Source: Nitrosopumilus sp. (GTDB lineage: Archaea; Thermoproteota; Nitrososphaeria; Nitrososphaerales; Nitrosopumilaceae). Taken from it: a DNA stretch of 64,000 nt. Location of the stretch: assembly GCA_963667665.2 (NCBI GenBank), contig OY763927.2:256001-320000 (forward strand), written 5' to 3'. The stretch's first letter is position 1; the number at the start of each line of letters is the position of its first letter. Shown one piece after another: positions 12,001 through 17,982 of this stretch. The position numbers were made by a program, and so were the translations under genes. The notes beneath the pieces are model-generated. The model searched no databases. It saw only the letters and a list, made by a program, of their open reading frames with translations, and was not told the DNA's origin.

Positions 12001-12188
12001 GCATCAGTCCGATCATCGGCATCACAGGTTCCGGCGACACATACTACGTGATAGTTTCCTCAACCGTTGACGGGACATACAACCTTGATCTTGTCTCATC
12101 AGGCCACAACATTGCAGATGCTGCAGACAACCCGCTGACCAACACGGTTCCCATCACCGGAATTGATCAGACGTACACAAAGATCTAA
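3..12188 (+). CDS. Giant repetitive surface/adhesin-like protein (5'-partial): tandem Ig-like domains, alternate ones carrying proprotein convertase P-domains
   Basis: Frame 3 is open from the window start (DPGVLNSWTLTINYG...) to TAA at 12188. P-domain motif VEVDITHNYIGDLKIDIIAPDGT...GVWTLQIHD...GVLNSWTLT; Ig-like motif YKATFSEDVTGV..SDF.LS...SGSGD.YYVTV. No C-terminal TM anchor visible. Confidence 0.9.
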   Translation, partial: DPGVLNSWTLTINYGTTTTVSPVTGISGSGDTYYVTVSSSTDGTYNLDLVSSGHDIVDAANNSLTNTATTGADQTYTVSTAVIDDTAPTLESIQRYTPATENTDNQTLVYKATFSENVTGVDVSDFILSPDSAGGGNTSASTGQFTQTRSPHLTIPDLATVSDTITVSSSGTVASVSVEVDITHNYIGDLKIDIIAPDGTSITLHDNSGGSTDNIDQPYAPLFGSIPISGVWTLQIHDRDAPDPGVLNSWTLTINYGTTTTVSPVTDISGSGDVYYVTVSATQDGTYNLDLVSSDHNIVDAANNSLTNTATTGADQTYTVSTAVIDNTNPRLASIERSSPTSQNTDSQSLLYKATFSEDVTGVTASDFVLSPSSTGRVSGTTQVTGISGSGDTYYVTVSSSTDGTYNLDLVSSGHNIVDAANNSLTNTATTGADQTYTVSTAVIDNTNPRLASIERYTPATENTDNQTLVYKATFSEDVTGVDVSDFTLSSDSAGGESTSTSTGQFTQTRSPHLTIPDLATVSDTITVSSSGTVASVSVEVDITHNYIGDLKIDIIAPDGTSITLHDNSGGSTDNIDQPYAPLFGSIPISGVWTLQIHDRTAPDPGVLNSWTLTINYGDTATTLSSVTDISGSGDVYYVTVFASTNGTYNLDLVSSDHNIVDAANNSLTNTATTGADQTYTVSTAVIDDTAPTLESIQRYTPATENTDNQTLVYKATFSENVTGVDVSDFILSPDSAGGTGGGSSPVTDVSGSGDVYSVTVFASTNGTYNLDLISSGHGIADTASNPLTDTATTGADQTYTVSTAVIDTIYPRLASIERYNPASQNTTSQTLIYKATFSENVTGVDASDFILSPDSTWGGNTSASTGQFTHTRSPNLTIPDLATVSDTITVSSSGTVASVSVEVDITHNYIGDLKIDIIAPDGTSITLHDNSGGSTDNIDQPYAPLFGSIPISGVWTLQIHDRDAPDPGVLNSWTLTINYGTTTTVSPVTDISGSGDVYYVTVSATQDGTYNLDLVSSDHNIVDAANNSLTNTATTGADQTYTVSTAVIDNTNPRLASIERSSPTSQNTDSQSLLYKATFSEDVTGVTASDFVLSPSSTGRVSGTTQVTGISGSGDTYYVTVSSSTDGTYNLDLVSSGHNIVDAANNSLTNTATTGADQTYTVSTAVIDNTNPRLASIERYTPATENTDNQTLVYKATFSEDVTGVDVSDFTLSSDSAGGESTSTSTGQFTQTRSPHLTIPDLATVSDTITVSSSGTVASVSVEVDITHNYIGDLKIDIIAPDGTSITLHDNSGGSTDNIDQPYAPLFGSIPISGVWTLQIHDRTAPDPGVLNSWTLTINYGDTATTLSSVTDISGSGDVYYVTVFASTNGTYNLDLVSSDHNIVDAANNSLTNTATTGADQTYTVSTAVIDDTAPTLESIQRYTPATENTDNQTLVYKATFSENVTGVDVSDFILSPDSAGGTGGGSSPVTDVSGSGDVYSVTVFASTNGTYNLDLISSGHGIADTASNPLTDTATTGADQTYTVSTAVIDTIYPRLASIERYNPASQNTTSQTLIYKATFSENVTGVDASDFILSPDSTWGGNTSASTGQFTHTRSPNLTIPDLATVSDTITVSSSGTVASVSVEVDITHNYIGDLKIDIIAPDGTSITLHDNSGGSTDNIDQPYAPLFGSIPISGVWTLQIHDRDAPDPGVLNSWTLTINYGTTTTVSPVTDISGSGDVYYVTVSATQDGTYNLDLVSSDHNIVDAANNSLTNTATTGADQTYTVSTAVIDNTNPRLASIERSSPTSQNTDSQSLLYKATFSEDVTGVTASDFVLSPSSTGRVSGTTQVTGISGSGDTYYVTVSSSTDGTYNLDLVSSGHNIVDAANNSLTNTATTGADQTYTVSTAVIDNTNPRLASIERYTPATENTDNQTLVYKATFSEDVTGVDVSDFTLSSDSAGGESTSTSTGQFTQTRSPHLTIPDLATVSDTITVSSSGTVASVSVEVDITHNYIGDLKIDIIAPDGTSITLHDNSGGSTDNIDQPYAPLFGSIPISGVWTLQIHDRTAPDPGVLNSWTLTINYGDTATTLSSVTDISGSGDVYYVTVFASTNGTYNLDLVSSDHNIVDAANNSLTNTATTGADQTYTVSTAVIDDTAPTLESIQRYTPATENTDNQTLVYKATFSENVTGVDVSDFILSPDSAGGTGGGSSPVTDVSGSGDVYSVTVFASTNGTYNLDLISSGHGIADTASNPLTDTATTGADQTYTVSTAVIDTIYPRLASIERYNPASQNTTSQTLIYKATFSENVTGVDASDFILSPDSTWGGNTSASTGQFTHTRSPNLTIPDLATVSDTITVSSSGTVASVSVEVDITHNYIGDLKIDIIAPDGTSITLHDNSGGSTDNIDQPYAPLFGSIPISGVWTLQIHDRDAPDPGVLNSWTLTINYGTTTTVSPVTDISGSGDVYYVTVSALQDGTYNLDLVSSDHNIVDAANNSLTNTATTGADQTYTVSTAVIDNTNPRLASIERSSPTSQNTDSQSLLYKATFSEDVTGVTASDFVLSPSSTGRVSGTTQVTGISGSGDTYYVTVSSSTDGTYNLDLVSSGHNIVDAANNSLTNTATTGADQTYTVSTAVIDNTNPRLASIERYTPATENTDNQTLVYKATFSEDVTGVDVSDFTLSSDSAGGESTSTSTGQFTQTRSPHLTIPDLATVSDTITVPDSETATSVSVEVDITHNYIGDLKIDIIAPDGTSITLHDNSGGSTDNIDQPYAPLFGSIPISGVWTLQIHDRTAPDPGVLNSWTLTINYGDTATTLSSVTDISGSGDVYYVTVSALQDGTYNLDLVSSDHNIVDAANNSLTNTATTGADQTYTVSTAVIDNTNPRLASIERYNPATENTDNQTLVYKATFSENVTGVDVSDFILSPDSAGGTGGGSSPVTDVSGSGDVYSVTVFASTNGTYNLDLISSGHGIADTASNPLTDTATTGADQTYTVSTAVIDNTNPRLASIERYNPASQNTTSQTLIYKATFSENVTGVDASDFILSPDSTWGGNTSASTGQFTHTRSPNLTIPDLATVSDTITVSSSGTVASVSVEVDITHNYIGDLKIDIIAPDGTSITLHDNSGGSTDNIDQPYAPLFGSIPISGVWTLQIHDRDAPDPGVLNSWTLTINYGTTTTVSPVTDISGSGDVYYVTVSALQDGTYNLDLVSSDHNIVDAANNSLTNTATTGADQTYTVSTAVIDNTNPRLASIERSSPTSQNTDSQSLLYKATFSEDVTGVTASDFVLSPSSTGRVSGTTQVTGISGSGDTYYVTVSSSTDGTYNLDLVSSGHNIVDAANNSLTNTATTGADQTYTVSTAVIDNTNPRLASIERYTPATENTDNQTLVYKATFSEDVTGVDVSDFTLSSDSAGGESTSTSTGQFTQTRSPHLTIPDLATVSDTITVPDSETATSVSVEVDITHNYIGDLKIDIIAPDGTSITLHDNSGGSTDNIDQPYAPLFGSIPISGVWTLQIHDRTAPDPGVLNSWTLTINYGDTATTLSSVTDISGSGDVYYVTVSALQDGTYNLDLVSSDHNIVDAANNSLTNTATTGADQTYTVSIAVIDNTNPRLASIERYNPATENTDSQSLLYKATFSEDVTGVTASDFVLSPSSTGRVSGTTQVTGISGSGDTYYVTVSSSTDGTYNLDLVSSGHNIVDAASNPLTDTATTGADQTYTVSTAVIDNTNPRLASIERYTPATENTDNQTLVYKATFSEDVTGVDVSDFTLSSDSAGGESTSTSTGQFTQTRSPHLTIPDLATVSDTITVPDSETATSVSVEVDITHNYIGDLKIDIIAPDGTSITLHDNSGGSTDNIDQPYAPLFGSIPISGVWTLQIHDRTAPDPGVLNSWTLTINYGTTTTVSPVTDISGSGDVYYVTVSATQDGTYNLDLVSSDHNIADAANNSLTNTATTGADQTYTVSTAVIDNTNPRLASIERSSPTSQNTNSQFLIYKATFSENVTGVTESDFTLSPGSTGRENNGISPIIGITGSGDTYYVIVSSTVDGTYNLDLVSSGHNIADAADNPLTNTVPITGIDQTYTKI
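330..11900 (+). repeat. Intragenic tandem repeat, 2172-bp (724-aa) unit, about 5 near-identical copies plus partial copies
   Basis: Shadow ORFs recur at an exact 2172-bp period (329, 2501, 4673, 6845, 9017), and the DNA copies are almost identical. Confidence 0.95.
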
Positions 12189-12449
12189 AACCTTGTATAA
12201 TCGCCTAATATTTTTAACCCCACACGTCCTGTAAGGGGTTATCTATGTCAGAAGTTGAAAATGTGCTCCGTAAATGGATTTTTTGCTCATAATCTCATAA
12301 TCTAATTGACATTATTTTTTGATATACGATGCTAAATGTTGGCTCTGTGTCATTGTCGGTTGAGATCTTCTCCTTGTCTCATTTCGGTTGATTTTTGTAC
12401 AAATTCAGTGCTCTGTTATCCCATGTTTTCAAATGTGTGATTTTCAGTG

Positions 12450-12478
12450 TAAAACATGGAAAAATTGTACGTGTTTTA
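12450..12478 (+). repeat. Palindromic 11-7-11 site 1 (putative recombination/att-dif-like site)
   Basis: TAAAACATGGA-AAAATTG-TACGTGTTTTA; homologous to the sites at 14394, 15028 and 15779. Confidence 0.6.
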
Positions 12479-12520
12479 TGGACTAATGAAATATGAGTGT
12501 TTTTCACTGTGAAGGATAAA

Positions 12521-14332
12521 TTATTCTTTAGAATTTCTATTTATAATATGCTCATCTAATAAATCTACACCCTCATCTACAAAAGTCATAGAATTTCCCT
12601 TGGTGATTTTCTTAATTTTCTTTTTTAATTTATTTGAAATTTGTAATTTTGGTTTTTTCTTATTTGCAGTATAATGATCTTCAATAGACTGCATAAATTT
12701 AGGCAATATGAATAATATCTCATCTGTAGATTCAAACTTTTTTGCGAGAAATGTACCATTAATTAAATAATAACCCAATAAACTAAGCTCATCTGCTGCT
12801 TCTGTTCTATTATTTTTATTAATAGATAACCTTTGATATAAATAATGAAAGAAAAAAACAGGTGAAGAAAAAATATCTGTGACAGTTTCTAAATCATGAA
12901 AATAAACTATCCAAGGAAGAGGATAATTAGTATCAAATATGTTCATTTCATCTAATATTCTAAGATCAGTACTAAAAAATCCTAAACTTTCCAAAGTGAC
13001 ATCAATAAATAAAATTTCATTTTGAAAAGGTTCATACTCTAAAGTTAATAATTTCTTTTCTTTATTGTTATCCCAAAAAATTATTTCCTTTCCAGAAGTT
13101 ATAAAATCATAAGCTTTGGTATTTTGTTCATATGCATTTTCAATAAGATTTTTCAATCTGTCTTTTAACTTACGTCCCCCTTCTAATTTTGTATAGGGTG
13201 GAAAAGAACCCGATTTTCCTTCAACCAAAATAATTTTATTTGCACAAACAATCAAAACATCAATTTCTCCTTCTTTTCCCTCCTCATTCCAATAGTGTAA
13301 ATTTTGATAAACATTTTTTTTAGGAAAAATACGACAAAAATAACTATAAATCTGCTCTTCAACAAATTTTGATTTAGTATTAGTAAACTCATCCCAGATG
13401 GATGATTGATTGTTTCTATCTTCACTTAGTATGTATTCAACTAAGAGGTCTATTCTTTGGATTAAGACATCTGGTCGCGTAATAAAATATCTATTTTCAT
13501 CAATTTTTATAATTGGTTTATAAAAAATGATATTAACTGATGATGAATTAACGAATTCATCAAATTGATCACCAAATGTACAACTAAAACAATCTAAATA
13601 TTTTTGAAAGTGTTGAGGATCAATATCATCAAATATTTCACAAAAATTATTTTTATTGATTATAAGAAAGTGAGGTGCTATTGCATTTAGATATGTATTG
13701 GTATAATTATTAAAACAAGTTTCAAAGGTAAGGTCATTTTCCTTCAAAAATTTTTGATAACTAGGATCATTTTCATTTAATTTTGTAGCTTCTTTATAGT
13801 TCTTAGATAAAGTTTCAAAAGTTTTGTTTGGTTGAAAATTTAAAGATTCATTTAACATTTCTCCATATTCATGTGCTTCTTTTATTGTAAAGCCATATCT
13901 AGTAAGAAAAATATCATTTAATGAATAAAGAACATTTTCAACATAATTCTCTTTTTGATGTTGAAAAATATTTGGATTGTTATCTACAAGCATTTTTTGG
14001 TTTTTAGAAATGAATTCAAGTGAATTTCTGGGTTGACCATTTTTAAACATTAATTCTGCATGAAATGTATCAAAATAATCAATCACTAATTTATAAATTT
14101 CATTAACAATCTCGGGGGTAGGTTTAGGCCCATTCAAATTATTATGTTTTAAAAATAATCCAAGAAGAAATAATGCATATGGGTTTTCACTCATTCTGTT
14201 AGTAGCATCATGAAATGAATAACTTTGTAATAATAATTCGTTTAAAGCGAGTAAAGATAATAATTCAAGATTGCCATACGTTTCTAATTTTTTTTTAATA
14301 ATTTCTAATTTTTTATAAGATTCTAAAACCAT
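12521..14332 (-). CDS. NERD / PD-(D/E)xK nuclease-domain protein, 603 aa (possible defence gene)
   Basis: FVEEQI...GEIDVLIVCANKIILVEGKSG matches the PD-(D/E)xK/NERD catalytic pattern; extremely AT-rich. Confidence 0.7.
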   Translation of the reverse strand: MVLESYKKLEIIKKKLETYGNLELLSLLALNELLLQSYSFHDATNRMSENPYALFLLGLFLKHNNLNGPKPTPEIVNEIYKLVIDYFDTFHAELMFKNGQPRNSLEFISKNQKMLVDNNPNIFQHQKENYVENVLYSLNDIFLTRYGFTIKEAHEYGEMLNESLNFQPNKTFETLSKNYKEATKLNENDPSYQKFLKENDLTFETCFNNYTNTYLNAIAPHFLIINKNNFCEIFDDIDPQHFQKYLDCFSCTFGDQFDEFVNSSSVNIIFYKPIIKIDENRYFITRPDVLIQRIDLLVEYILSEDRNNQSSIWDEFTNTKSKFVEEQIYSYFCRIFPKKNVYQNLHYWNEEGKEGEIDVLIVCANKIILVEGKSGSFPPYTKLEGGRKLKDRLKNLIENAYEQNTKAYDFITSGKEIIFWDNNKEKKLLTLEYEPFQNEILFIDVTLESLGFFSTDLRILDEMNIFDTNYPLPWIVYFHDLETVTDIFSSPVFFFHYLYQRLSINKNNRTEAADELSLLGYYLINGTFLAKKFESTDEILFILPKFMQSIEDHYTANKKKPKLQISNKLKKKIKKITKGNSMTFVDEGVDLLDEHIINRNSKE

Positions 14333-14393
14333 TTATTTTTTTACCATATGTTACTTTTAATATTTTACATTCAATACAATCTTTACTGAATCA

Positions 14394-14422
14394 TAAAACA
14401 CAGACATTCATTGCATGTTTTT
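14394..14422 (-). repeat. Palindromic 11-7-11 site 2 (inverted relative to site 1)
   Basis: Minus strand reads AAAAACATGCA-ATGAATG-TCTGTGTTTTA. Its flanks (about 14375-14438) align in inverted orientation with 15012-15073. Confidence 0.6.
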
Positions 14423-14510
14423 TGTTTAAATCATGAATTAGTTGAAATTTTTGAAATACTTGATAACATAATACCCTTCATTTTTCTAATCTCAAATCAC
14501 AATTATCCTC

Positions 14511-14789
14511 ATGGGATTTATCAAATGTCTAGAATGCGGAGAAGTTTTAGAAAGTAAATCTGTCCATGATTTTGTGAGATGTTCTTGTGAGAATCAAACT
14601 TTCCTTGATGGAGGGGATGAATATGGTCGATATGGAGGCATGGATATGGATAAAATTCAGATAATTGACTCTACTACTATCAATTCATTCATTCAGAGAC
14701 ATTATCCTACATATGATTCAGAAGCAGATGATAGGCCCATACGTGAAGTGTTAGATGAAATCCATAGAAAATTGAAAAAATATACCTGA
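14511..14789 (+). CDS. Small Zn-ribbon protein (DUF7695-like, phage/mobile-associated)
   Basis: IKCLECGEVLESKSVHDFVRCSC...DGG.EY.R motif. Confidence 0.65.
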   Translation: MGFIKCLECGEVLESKSVHDFVRCSCENQTFLDGGDEYGRYGGMDMDKIQIIDSTTINSFIQRHYPTYDSEADDRPIREVLDEIHRKLKKYT

Positions 14790-14829
14790 AATGACATGAT
14801 GATAAAAGAAAACTATGATGGAGTAAAAT

Positions 14830-15012
14830 ATGAAGATCTTTCTGGAAAACAATTCCTACATTGTTAATGTAAAAAAATCTCCGGAGGGGGGTTTTATCGG
14901 ACAGTGTGTAGAGTTGTCAGTAGCAATAAGTCAAGGTGAAACAATTCAAGAATTAGAAGCAAACATCAAAGAGGCGATAGTGTTGGTTCTGCAAGAACTT
15001 GTGGACAAATGA
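14830..15012 (+). CDS. hicB: HicB-family antitoxin (short, no adjacent HicA)
   Basis: GGFIGQCVEL..AISQGETIQELEANIKEAI is the HicB/UPF0150 pattern. Confidence 0.8.
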   Translation: MKIFLENNSYIVNVKKSPEGGFIGQCVELSVAISQGETIQELEANIKEAIVLVLQELVDK

Positions 15013-15027
15013 TTCATGATTTAGACG

Positions 15028-15056
15028 AGAAACATGGGGAGATTGTATGTGTTTTG
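15028..15056 (+). repeat. Palindromic 11-7-11 site 3
   Basis: AGAAACATGGG-GAGATTG-TATGTGTTTTG. Confidence 0.6.
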
Positions 15057-15111
15057 ATTCAGCAAATATTGAAGATTAGTTTATAATCGAAGATTTGTTT
15101 AATATAAAATC

Positions 15112-15771
15112 ATGGTAAATTATGCAATACCTGATCATATTACTTTGCAAAAACTAACCACTGTTTTCAAAAAATTATTTGATGCAGATTGTTTGATAGC
15201 TTTTAAAGATAATGAAGAATTTGATAAAATTTTTGAACGTACTAATTCCATAATGAAAATATCCGAAGCAAAGTTTGTGATACTTCAGGATGATGAATTA
15301 TTAGATAACTACAAAAAATTTTGGGCAGGTCATTTTATCAATGAATTTGATATTTATAATGATTTTATGCAACAAGCAGCTTCATACTTACTTAGTATGT
15401 TTGAACACATTAAGAGATTCTTAATGATGTTTTTAGATCTGAAAAAAATGAAACTACGTGAAAAATCCACGTTAGGTACTATTGTAATTGAAATCAGTAA
15501 AAAATGTGGCTATTCTTGGGATTCTTTAAATGATCTATTTGATGTGAATACTAGAAATATTATTGGTCATGATAATTGGTATTACAAAGAAAAAAATTTT
15601 GCTTATAAAGATGAGAATGGTGTAGAAAAAGAAATTACATTGAGTGAACTTGTTGAAAAAATAAAATATGTTACATCATTGAGTAATGCAATTGCTATGG
15701 TATGGCAACCATATATAGTGAAACTTGAAATCGACAGATACAAAGAAAATAAAAGAAATGTCTCAACATGA
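15112..15771 (+). CDS. Hypothetical protein with HEPN-like RNase motif
   Basis: Helical protein with STLGTIV...DLFDVNTRNIIGH (R-x4-H), typical of HEPN domains. Confidence 0.55.
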   Translation: MVNYAIPDHITLQKLTTVFKKLFDADCLIAFKDNEEFDKIFERTNSIMKISEAKFVILQDDELLDNYKKFWAGHFINEFDIYNDFMQQAASYLLSMFEHIKRFLMMFLDLKKMKLREKSTLGTIVIEISKKCGYSWDSLNDLFDVNTRNIIGHDNWYYKEKNFAYKDENGVEKEITLSELVEKIKYVTSLSNAIAMVWQPYIVKLEIDRYKENKRNVST

Positions 15772-15778
15772 TTGATCA

Positions 15779-15796
15779 TAAAACACGGACAATTGC
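15779..15796 (-). repeat. Half of palindromic site 4 (other arm replaced by transposase-end repeat)
   Basis: TAAAACACGGA-CAATTGC, followed after one base by CTATTTCAACAA of the transposase-end repeat family. Confidence 0.5.
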
Positions 15797-15797
15797 A

Positions 15798-16019
15798 CTA
15801 TTTCAACAAGAATTCCATACAAGATCATGCAAGAGTAGAACACTATGAATCTCTTATGAAAAATCAAGATAATGAGGTAGTTGTCTAGACAACTTTTTTT
15901 CTATTTTGAAAATGGTTACAAATGATAACCATTTTTAGATATTTCATATCTATTTCAACAAAAATCCCATACAAGATCATGCAAGAGTAGAACACTTTAT
16001 GAATCTCTTATGAAAAATC
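15798..16019 (+). repeat. ~68-bp direct repeat (15798-15865 and 15950-16019) enclosing transposase-end copy D (15902-15961)
   Basis: CTATTTCAACAA..AT.CCATACAAGATCATGCAAGAGTAGAACACT..ATGAATCTCTTATGAAAAATC occurs twice; perfect palindrome AGTTGTCTAGACAACT at 15879-15894. Confidence 0.85.
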
Positions 16020-16025
16020 TCAATT

Positions 16026-16988
16026 ATGAATCTGGTTTGGGTAGTAATTCCATTAGTTTTGATTGGGATTATTGGAATGCAAGAAGTATCTGCTTGTTCA
16101 TGTGCTATGTCAACAATAGAAGAAGCATTTGAAAATACTGAGGTTGTATTTTCAGGACTTGCAACAAACATTATTCATGTTGATGGTATTTACCATACAA
16201 ATTTTCTTGTTACAGACAAATGGAAGAATATTGAACAAGACATAATTCAAATCAATATATATTCAAATGATGGCACATGTGGTGTTAATTTTAAGATTAA
16301 TAAAAAATATATTATTTTTGCAGGTGAATATTCTGGAGATGATCCAAAAAAATCAGGATTGTATACTAGTGCATGTACTTATACACAATCAGTTGAGCAT
16401 GCAGGAATTAACACATTAAATTTTCTAGAAAATAATAGTATATTTTTTCAATCAGTCATGCCTCCATTAAAACAAATATCTACTGGAATCCATGTTAAAG
16501 ATGTAACTTGCAAAGAAGGATTAGATTTAATTTTCAAATCATCAGATAACTCTCCAGCTTGCGTAAGACCACAAACTGCTGAAAAATTAATACAACGAGG
16601 TTGGACAAACAAAGATGTTACTGATAGTGGATCAGAACCTTTGATTCGTGGAGCTCCAAGTCAACAAGTCAGAATTATTGATTTAGATGGCAACTTTCTA
16701 AATAATGCGATAGTAAATTCTAGTTCTTTTATTACTGTAGATGTAGCAAATCCAAAATCTACAGATCAACAATATCTTATAATTTTTGAAATTCAAAATG
16801 AAGAAAAAATACTAGTTGAACAAATATCTGAAATCGTTACTGTAAAATCAGGAGAATCATTTACACCAAAATTTGAGTGGATTCCTAAGGAAAAAGGAAG
16901 GCATTTGATAACTAATTTCTTCTTAGATGCATCTGATAATTCAACTGCAATATGGCCTCCTTATTCCACTACAATGCTTGTGAAATAA
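16026..16988 (+). CDS. Secreted TIMP/NTR-like domain protein with thaumarchaeal PPLKQ...PACV...LIQRGW module and C-terminal Ig-like domain
   Basis: Signal peptide, then A|CSC...AFENTEVVFSG...CGVNF....KYIIFA...TSACT (TIMP-like N-domain pattern). Confidence 0.7.
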   Translation: MNLVWVVIPLVLIGIIGMQEVSACSCAMSTIEEAFENTEVVFSGLATNIIHVDGIYHTNFLVTDKWKNIEQDIIQINIYSNDGTCGVNFKINKKYIIFAGEYSGDDPKKSGLYTSACTYTQSVEHAGINTLNFLENNSIFFQSVMPPLKQISTGIHVKDVTCKEGLDLIFKSSDNSPACVRPQTAEKLIQRGWTNKDVTDSGSEPLIRGAPSQQVRIIDLDGNFLNNAIVNSSSFITVDVANPKSTDQQYLIIFEIQNEEKILVEQISEIVTVKSGESFTPKFEWIPKEKGRHLITNFFLDASDNSTAIWPPYSTTMLVK

Positions 16989-17032
16989 TTTCAAATTTTC
17001 TATCTGCGTCCATTTTCATCCCTAAAAAGGTG

Positions 17033-17264
17033 GGTGAATCCCCGTGGAGTTGAATCTACATTGTATTTTATTTTGAAAATGGTTACAAATTATAACCATT
17101 TTTAGATATTTCATCTCTATTTCAACAAGAATCTAAATTCATCTTGCCATCTTCATCAGTATTCACTGGAATTTTCATTTCATTTCCAAAAAACTCTGTA
17201 ATGGAGTACTGTTTAGGAATAATTTTCTTACTGGAATTTTGAATCAATGTCTTCCATTTGTCCT
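17033..17264 (-). mobile_element. Transposase-end copy C: element end plus a diverged 3' fragment of the transposase
   Basis: Starts GGTGAATCCCCGTGGAGTTG. Minus strand encodes DKWKTLIQNSSKKIIPKQYSITEFFGNEMKIPVNTDEDGKMNLDSC*, with many synonymous changes versus the intact gene. Confidence 0.85.
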
Positions 17265-17265
17265 G

Positions 17266-17596
17266 GGTGAATCCCCGTGGAGTTGAATCTACATTGTATT
17301 TTATTTTGAAAATGGTTACTAATTATAACCATTTTTAGATATTTCATATCTATTTCAACAAGACTCTAAATTCATTTTACCATCTTCGTCAGTATTGACT
17401 GGAATTTTGATTTCATTACCAAAAAACTCAGTTATTGAGTACTGTTTAGGCGTGATTTTCCTTTGAGCGTTTTGAATCAATGTCTTCCATTTATCCTCCC
17501 CTAGGATTCGAATCCCTGCAACTTCGGCAGGAGTTTTACCTCCAAGACTAGTATGTGGCCTGAAATAGTTGTGAAACAACTGATATCCTGAAATCA
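17266..17596 (-). mobile_element. Transposase-end copy B: element end plus last ~80 codons of the transposase
   Basis: Nearly identical to 18473-18802; ORF 17355-17597 equals the C-terminus of 18561-19790 apart from one substitution. Confidence 0.9.
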
Positions 17597-17974
17597 TTGA
17601 AGAATTTTTTTTCTTTTTATATTATTAGAATTATTGATTATTCCATGTCTATCTACAAATTATCCTACAGTGAAGTGATAACTGAAATAACCAAAGTGGT
17701 ACCTGGATGGAGTATTACAATCACTCCTAATGACTTTATTGAGAATCCAGAAAAGTATTCACAAATTAAAATTGTTGTAGTTAATGATGAGTTAACCATT
17801 ACTAGAGATGCAGTACTGCCAATCTTACAACCTCAAAAAATTCCATTTCATCTGAACATTATTAAATTGAATGTAGCTAATCTAATTTGTAAATATATAG
17901 AAAAGAATGATTTACAATTATTCCAAGAAATATGTGATCACTTTTCTAAAGTGTATGAGTCGAGATTGAATTAA
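17597..17974 (+). CDS. Hypothetical protein (likely start 17645)
   Basis: 125-aa ORF with no recognised motif; cargo between copies B and A. Confidence 0.55.
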   Translation: MKNFFSFYIIRIIDYSMSIYKLSYSEVITEITKVVPGWSITITPNDFIENPEKYSQIKIVVVNDELTITRDAVLPILQPQKIPFHLNIIKLNVANLICKYIEKNDLQLFQEICDHFSKVYESRLN

Positions 17975-17982
17975 CCGAATAA

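Noticed and set aside
12216-12240. AACCCC...GGGGTT hairpin after the giant gene as a terminator
   Set aside because: The stem is short with a long loop, and archaeal terminators are usually T-tracts; support is insufficient.
17033-17065. tRNA gene at GGTGAATCCCCGTGGAGTTGAATC
   Set aside because: Only a loose T-arm/3'-end resemblance, with no D-arm or anticodon arm; kept only as a note on the element end.
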